64,000 nucleotides of DNA from NCBI GenBank assembly GCA_036785375.1, contig JAWMAR010000313.1, positions 992,001 to 1,056,000 on the forward strand. The letters run 5' to 3'. The position numbers and the translations under genes were made by a program. The stretch's first letter is position 1; each line of letters opens with the position of its first letter. The notes below the pieces were generated by a model. That model was given only the letters and a program-made list of their open reading frames with translations. It did no database searches and was not told the DNA's origin. Below are positions 26,101-35,100 of the stretch, piece by piece. This DNA comes from Leucoraja ocellata (Eukaryota).

Positions 26101-29100
26101 GCGCCAAAGGTCCAAAAGTGGAAGGAGATGTTGGTATTCCTGATGTTAACCTGGAAGGTGACATTAAGGGTCCGAATGTCGACATTAAAGGCCCCAGAGT
26201 TGATATTGAGACACCAGATGTAAATGGAAGCAAGGGCAAGTTTTCAATGCCATCCATCCATATGCCTAAGTTTCATGCACCAGATATTGATTTGAATTTC
26301 AAAAGTCCAAAAGTAAAAGGAGACTATGATGTTGAAATGCCTTCTGGAAAGTTCGAGGGAGAGATCAAAGCACCTAAGGTTGATGTTGACATGGATGTGC
26401 CAGGGGGTGATGTGGAAGGAGGCGGTGGAGGATTCAGCATGCCAAAATTTAAAATGCCTAAATTCCACATGGGTGGATCTAAAGTGGAAGTTCCAGATGT
26501 GGACATTGATGCAAACATTCCTGAGGCTGATGTTAAACTATCAGGACCTAAGATACAAGGAGGTGTTGAAATGCCTGATGTAGATCTAGACATTGAGGGT
26601 GGCATTAAAGGCAAGGGATCTAAATTCCACATGCCAAAATTCAATCTCTCAGCACCCAAAATAGGAATGCCTGATTTCAATCTGGGCGCCAAAGGTCCAA
26701 AAGTGGAAGGAGATGTTGGTATTCCTGATGTTAACCTGGAAGGTGACATTAAGGGTCCGAATGTCGACATTAAAGGTCCCAAAGTTGATATTGAGACACC
26801 AGATGTAAAAGGAAGTGGATTCAAGATGTCAATGCCTTCCATCCACATGCCCAAGTTTCATGCACCAGACCTTGATTTGAATTTCAAAGGTCCAAATCTA
26901 AAAGGAGACTATGATGTTGACATGCCTTCTGGAAAGGTGGAGGGTGAATTCAAAGGACCTAAGGTCGATGTTGATGTGGATGTGCCACAAGTTGATGTTG
27001 AAGGAGATGGTGGAAAGTTCAGCTTGCCAAAGTTTAAATTGCCCAAATTCCACATGGGTGGTTCAAAAGGAGGTCCAGATGTGGGAGTTGACATGAATCT
27101 TCCTGAGGCTGATGTTAAACTATCTGGACCTAAGATCGAAGGAGATGTTAAAATGCCCGATGTAGATGTAGATGTTGAGGGTGCAGGGAAATTCAAAGGC
27201 CCATCATTCAAAATGCCAGGATTCGATGTCTCAGCACCCAATATACGAATGCCTGATTTTAATGTGGACCTCGGAGGTCCAAAAATGGGAGGAAATTATG
27301 ACGTGGATTTGCCGTCTGGAAAGGTGGAGGGCAAGATCAAAGGACCCAAAGTTGATGTGGATGTGCCAGGGGGTGATGTGGAAGGAGTCGGTGGAGGATT
27401 CAGCATGCCAAAATTTAAAATGCCCAAATTCAGAATGGGTGGGTCTAAAGTGGAGGGCCCAGATATGGACATTGATGCGAATATTCCAAGTGGTGACATT
27501 AAATTATCTGGACCCAAGCTAGAAGGCGATGTCGAAATGCCTGATGTAGATATTGAAGGAGCTGGTAAAATCAAGGGCTCACAATTCAGAATGCCAGGAT
27601 TCAATATCTCAGCACCTAAGATCGGAAAGCCTGATTTTAATCTTGAGTTCAAAGGTCCAAAGGTGGGAGCAGATGTTGATATCCCTGAAGGTGACTTTAA
27701 GGGCCCAAATGTCGACATTAAAGCACCCAAAGTTAATATTGAGGCACCAGATGTGAAAGGAAGTGGAGGCAAGATTTCATTGCCATCCATCCACTTGCCC
27801 AAGATTCAGGCACCAGAACTTGATTTCAGTCTCAGAGGCCCAAAAGTAAAAGGTGACTATGATGTTGAGGTGCCTTCTGCAAACATAGAGGGAGGGATTA
27901 AAGCACCGCAAATTGGCGGGGATGTATCTGGGGTAGACGCAGATGGAGGCAGTGGAAAATTCAACTTCCCAAAATTCAAAATGCCCAAATTCCGAATTGG
28001 TGGGTCCAAGGAGGGAGGCCTTGACGTGAACCTAGGTGCTAATGTTCCTGGAGCTGATGTTAAGTTATCTGGACCCAAGATGGAGGCAAAGAGTCCAGAT
28101 GTTGATGTTAGTCTGAAAGCTCCAAAAGTGAAAGGGGATTATGATATTAATGTACCTTCTGGAAAAGTACAGGGTGAGATCAAAGGACCTAAGCTAGATG
28201 TTAATATGCCAGGGGCTGATGTTGAAGGAGGCTCTGGAAAGTTCAGCTTCCCAAAATTTAAAATGCCCAGATTCCATGTTGGTGGGTCTAAAGTGAAAGG
28301 TCGTGATATAGAAATTGAAGGCCCCAAAATTGATCTTGAAGGACCTGACATAAAAGGTGGTGGTGGCAAGTTCTCAATGCCCAAGATACATGCACCAGAT
28401 GTTGATTTGAGTTTAAAGAGCCCAAAATTGAAAGGAGACTATGATATTAACATGCCGTCTGGTAAAATAGAGGGAGAGATGAAAGCACCAAAGGTAGACA
28501 TTGATATGGATGTGCCAGGCACTGAGGTGGAAGGAACAAGTGGAAAGTTTGGCTTCCCAAAATTTAAATTGCCTAAATTCCATATGGGAGGACCTAAAAT
28601 TGAAGCCCCAGATTTGGACATTAATGCTAAGCTTCCCCAGACAGATGTTAGCCTATCTACACCCAAGCTGGAAGGCGATGTCAAGATGCCTGATGTTGAT
28701 GTAGATGTTGAGGGAGCTGGTAAAATCAAGGGCTCTAAATTCAGCATGCCAGGATTCAATATCTCAGCACCCAAAATAGGAATGCCTGATTTCAATTTGG
28801 GCGCCAAAGGTCCAAAAGTGGAAGGAGATGTTGGTATTCCTGATGTTAACCTGGAAGGTGACATTAAGGGTCCGAATGTTGACATTAAAGGTCCCAAAGT
28901 TGATATTGAGACACCAGATGTAAAAGGAAGTGGATTCAAGATGTCATTGCCATCCATCCACATGCCTAAGTTTCAGGCACCAGATATTGATTTGAATTTT
29001 AAAGGTCCAAAACTAAAAGGAGACTATGATGTTGAAATGCCTTCTGGAAAGTTTGAGGGAGAGATCAAAGCACCTAAGGTTGACGTTGACATGGATGTGC

Positions 29101-32100
29101 CAGGGGGTGATGTTGAAGGAATCGGTGGAAAGTTCAGCTTGCCGAAATTTAAAATGCCTAAATTCCACATGAGTGGCCCTAAAGTAGACGTTCCAGATGT
29201 GGACATTGATGCAAATATTCCTGAGGCTGATATTAAACTATCAGGACCTAAGATACAAGGAGGTGTTGAAATGCCTGATGTAGATCTAGACATTGAGGGT
29301 GGCAGTAAAATTAAGGGACCTAAAATCCATATGCCAAAATTCAATCTCTCAGCACCCAAAATAGGAATGCCTGATTTCAACCTGGGCGCCAAAGGTCCAA
29401 AAGTGGAAGGAGATGTTGGTATTCCTGATGTTAACCTGGAAGGTGACATTAAGGGTCCGAATGTTGACATTAAAGGTCCCAAAGTTGATATTGAGACACC
29501 AGATGTAAAAGGAAGTGGATTCAAGATGTCATTGCCATCCATCCACATGCCTAAGTTTCAGGCACCAGATATTGATTTGAATTTTAAAGGTCCAAAACTA
29601 AAAGGAGACTATGATGTTGAAATGCCTTCTGGAAAGTTCGAGGGAGAGATCAAAGCACCTAAGGTTGACGTTGACATGGATGTGCCAGGGGGTGATGTTG
29701 AAGGAATCGGTGGAAAGTTCAGCTTGCCGAAATTTAAAATGCCTAAATTCCACATGAGTGGCCCTAAAGTAGACGTTCCAGATGTGGACATTGATGCAAA
29801 TATTCCTGAGGCTGATATTAAACTATCAGGACCTAAGATACAAGGAGGTGTTGAAATGCCTGATGTAGATCTAGACATTGAGGGTGGCAGTAAAATTAAG
29901 GGACCTAAAATCCATATGCCAAAATTCAATCTCTCAGCACCCAAAATAGGAATGCCCGATTTCAATCTGGGCGCCAAAGGTCCAAAAGTGGAAGGAGATA
30001 TTGGTATTCCTGATGTTAACCTGGAAGGTAACATTAAGGGTCCGAATGTCGACATAAAAGGCCCCAGAGTTGATATTGAGACACCAGATGTAAATGGAAG
30101 CAAGGGCAAGTTTTCATTGCCATCCATCCACATGCCTAAGTTTCAGGCACCAGATATTGATTTGAATTTCAAAAGTCCAAAACTAAAAGGAGACTATGAT
30201 GTTGAAATGCCTTCTGGAAAGTTTGAGGGAGAGATCAAAGCACCTAAGGTTGACGTTGACATGGATGTGCCAGGAGGTGATGTTGAAGGAATCGGTGGAA
30301 AGTTCAGCTTGCCGAAATTTAAAATGCCTAAATTCCACATGAGTGGCCCTAAAGTAGACGTTCCAGATGTGGACATTGATGCAAATATTCCTGAGGCTGA
30401 TATTAAACTATCAGGACCTAAGATACAAGGAGGTGTTGAAATGCCTGATGTAGATCTAGACATTGAGGGTGGCAGTAAAATTAAGGGACCTAAAATCCAT
30501 ATGCCAAAATTCAATCTCTCAGCACCCAAAATAGGAATGCCTGATTTCAATCTGGGCGCCAAAGGTCCAAAAGTGGAAGGAGATGTTGGTATTCCTGATG
30601 TTAACCTGGAAGGTGACATTAAGGGTCCGAATGTTGACATTAAAGGTCCCAAAGTTGATATTGAGACACCAGATGTAAAAGGAAGTGGATTCAAGATGTC
30701 ATTGCCATCCATCCACATGCCTAAGTTTCAGGCACCAGATATTGATTTGAATTTCAAAAGTCCAAAACTAAAAGGAGACTATGATGTTGAAATGCCTTCT
30801 GGAAAGTTCGAGGGAGAGATCAAAGCACCTAAGGTTGACGTTGACATGGATGTGCCAGGGGGTGATGTTGAAGGAATCGGTGGAAAGTTCAGCTTGCCGA
30901 AATTTAAAATGCCTAAATTCCACATGGGTGGCCCTAATGTAGACGTTCCAGATGTGGACATTGATGCAAATATTCCCGAGGCTGACATTAAACTATCAGG
31001 ACCTAAGATACAAGGAGGTGTTGAAATGCCTGATGTAGATCTAGACATTGAGGGTGGCAGTAAAATTAAGGGACCTAAAATCCATATGCCAAAATTCAAT
31101 CTCTCAGCACCCAAAATAGGAATGCCTGATTTCAATCTGGGCGCCAAAGGTCCAAAGGTGGAAGGAGATGTTGGTATTCCTGATGTTAACCTGGAAGGTG
31201 ACATTAAGGGTCCAAGTGTTGACATTAAAGGCCCCAGAGTTGATATTGAGACACCAGATGTAAAAGGAAGTGGGAGCAAGTTTTCATTGCCATCAATGCA
31301 TTTACCTAAATTACACGCTCCGGATATAGATTTGAATTTCAGAGGCCCAAAAGTGAAAGGTGACCATGAAATTGATGTGCCTACTGGAAAGATAGAAGGA
31401 GATATAAAAGGACCTAAAGTTGATGTTGATGTGCCAGGGATTGATGCTGAAGGAAGCGGTGGAAAGTTCAGCTTCCCAAAATTTAAATTTCCCAAATTCC
31501 GACTAGGAGGGCCTAAAGTGGAAGGTCCAGATGTGGACATTAATGCTAAGGTTCCTACTGCTGACATTAAACTATCTGGACCTAAGATGGAAGGAAATGT
31601 TGAAATGCCAGAGATGGATGTAGATGTTGGGGGGAAAGTCAAAAGCCCAAAATTCAAAATGCCAGGATTCAATATCAACGCACCAAATATAGGAATGCCT
31701 GGCTTTAAAGTGGAAGGTCCAGATGCGGACTTTGGTGCTAAACTTCCAGAGGCAGATATTAAATTAGCTGGACCCAAGGTGGAAGGAGATGTTAAAATAC
31801 CTGATGTTGATGTTGAGGGTTCTGGTAAATTCAAGAGCCCAAAATTCAAAGTGCCAGGTTTCAATTTCTCAGCACCAAAGATAGGAATACCTGATTTTGA
31901 TCTTGAGTTCAAGGGTCCAAAAATGGGAGGAGGTGTTGATCTTCCCGATGTCAATTTGGAAGGTGACATTAAGAGCCCACATGTCGATATTAAAGGCCCC
32001 AATGTTGAGATTGAAGCACCTAATTTAAAAGGACATGGGGGCAAGTTTTCATTACCCAAGATCTCTGGTCCCAAGGTAGCTGGTGTTGAAATTCCTGATG

Positions 32101-35100
32101 TTGATCTAGATGTTGAAGGAGGTTCTAAAATCAAAGGTACAAAACTAAAAATGCCAGGATTTGATATCTCAGCACCCAAAATAGGAATGCCTGATTTTAA
32201 TTTGGAGCTCAAAAGCCCGAAATTGGGAGGTGACATTGATGCCCCAGATCTTAATATGGAGGGTGACATCAAAGGCCCAAATTTTAATATTAAATCTCCG
32301 AAAGTTGATCTTAAAATGCCAGATGTGAAAGAAAGTGGCCCCAAGATTTCACTCCCTTCTGTACATTTACCTCACATAAAAACACCAGACTTTGATTTGG
32401 GTTTCAAGGGATCAAAATTGAAAGGCAGTTCGGACATTGACATTTCTTCCCCAAACATTGGTGGAGAAATTAAAGGGCCAAAAATAGACGTTGAAGCACC
32501 TGATATTGACTTGGAGGGTACAGGTGGACATTTCCATATGCCAAAGATTAAAATGCCCAAGTTCAAAATAGGTGGCACAAAAATAGACGGGCCTGATGTA
32601 GACATTGATGCCAGTGTTCCTAAGGCAAATGTTAAAATTGATGGGGCTGATGTACCTGAAATAAATTTGGATGCAGACAGTAAAATCAAAGGTCCTGGAT
32701 TTCAAATGCCAGGGTTCAATATCTCGTTACCCAAATTTAAAGGTCCTAATGCAGATGTTAATTTAAAAGGCCCAGAACTAAAAGGTGGTGTTGAAGTCCC
32801 TGACATTAATATGGGAGGTGACATCAAAGGCCCAGAGTTTGAAATGAAAGGTCCTAAGGTAGATATTGTGGGGAGTGGAATTAACATTGAGGGACCTGAT
32901 TTAAAAGGAGATGGACACAAGTTTTCAACACCTGCATTGGACATTGGCTTGAAAGATCACGATTTGAAAGGCACTGCTGACATTAGATCCCCTGGTTTTG
33001 GTATTGATGTAAGTGCACCCAAAATAGATGTAGGTGGTGAAGGAGGAGCACACCTAAAAATGCCAAAGATGAAGAAACCAAAATTTGGATTTGGAGTTAA
33101 AGGACAAGGAGACATAAGTGCTCCTTCTCTGGATGTAGATGTACCAAGTCCAGATGTAGATGTTAATGTTGATTCCCCAGACATTAGTGTTAAAACAAAG
33201 GGGAAAAAGGGGAAATTTAAAATGCCTAAACTCAACATCAAGTCAAAGAAAACGAAGAGTGACCTTGATTTATCCAAACCAGATATAGACATTAAATCCC
33301 CACATCTAAGTGCAAGTCTTGGATCATCTGATGAACAGTTAAATATTAAGTCATCAAAACTAAAGAAATCACGTTTTGGAAAAGTAAAGTTATCATTTCC
33401 GGATGTTGAATTTGATTTGGCATCACCAAAAGTGAAAGGCGAGTTACCCAATGCAAAGGCCGAAGGAGAATTACAAGTACCCAATGTCAATTTATCATCA
33501 CATGATATGAAAGGTCCCCATATTGACATTAGAGCACCTGGGATGAATGTCAATACAGATGCTGACTTACAAGGGCCTGGCGTTAAAGTAAAAGGCTCAA
33601 AATTTCCTAACGTAAACATCAAATCGCCCAAAATGGCTGATACAAATATGGATATCAATTTGAAGGGCACTGGCCTGAAAGGTGAAGCGTCAGGAAACAT
33701 AGAAGGGCCAACAATAGGCATAAAGAGACCAGAAATAAATTTTGACGTTGATGCTCCAAATGTGGATATTGAAAAACCAGAAGGTAAATTAAAAATGAAA
33801 ATGAAGAAGCCAAATGTTACCGTTTCAGGACCAAATGTAAACCTAGATACATCAGGAGGTGCAGAAGGAAAGTTAAAAATGCCTAAAATGAAACTCTCGA
33901 GTTTTGGTTTGGGTAGCAAAGCAGGAGAAATAGATACAAATGTTGCTGTCAACCTTCCAAAAGCAGAATTTTCAGGTCCAAAACTCGAAGGTGGCATTGA
34001 TATGCCATCAACAGATGTCAATATTAGTGCTCCAAAACTGAATCTTGAGTCTCCAGATGTTCGTTTTGGGGGTCTTGAAGGAAAGCTGAAAATGCCTGAA
34101 TTGAACATCTCTGGTGGTAAAGACAAAGGGTCTGGTCTGAATCTTGGCATTAATGCACCAAAGATAGGAGGTGACTTGAAGACATCGGGTTTAGGTCTGA
34201 ATGTGGAGGCGCCTGATATGGGTATAAATACTGAAGGTAAAATCAAAGGCCCACAAATTGATATGTCAGCACCTGATATGAGTGTGAATTTAAAGGATCC
34301 ACAGCTCAAAGGCAGCATCAACCTCCCTGATCCAAATATCAAAGGAATCTTTAAAGGACCACTTATGGATGTGAAAGGTCCTGGTATTGATGTTGATGGG
34401 GGAGATTTCAACATTGAAGGTGGGAAAATAAAGATGCCTCAGATCAACATTCCAAAAGTTGATACTAACATTGCAGGACTGAATGTGAAAGGTGATAACT
34501 TTTCAGGGTCTGGAATTTCCGCATCTGATTTTGGCGTTAACGTAAAGGGGCCTACACTAGGTACTAAATTATCTGGACCAAAGATGGACATAAAATCCCC
34601 GAAAGTGGAAATTGAAGGGCCAAGTATGAAACTGAATGGAGCAGACGTCAATATTGATGGTCTAAAAGAAAAATTCTCCAGTGCTGCACCTAAAGCTAAT
34701 ATTGAATTTTCCGGGGCTAAGTTTGAAGGAGGTAGTTTAAGTGCTGATGTACCAGTAAAAGGTGGCATTGGAGTGTCCAGTTCCAAAAGTGTTTTTTATG
34801 ATCCCGAGTTAGATGTCAAGGCACCTGGAATGAGTGCAGACATCAGATCAATTGAACTAGATGTTCCATTGGACAAAATGAAAATACCAAAATTCAAGCC
34901 GTCCCAATTTAAAATTAAAAGCCCAAATTTAGACGAGAGAGAAATTGCAGTGGGTGCCAGAGTTCCTGAAATTACTTCTTCTGCACAAGGTCCAGGTATC
35001 AACATCAAAGGACCACAGGCCAGTGTCAACCTGCCAGAAGGCGAGATGGAAAGCACGGGGGTCAAAGTTAAAAAGGGTAAAATTAAAATGCCCAAATTTA

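Noticed and set aside
16685-31360. CRISPR-like or non-coding satellite array
   Set aside because: Long in-frame coding repeats with no unique spacers, in a eukaryotic context.
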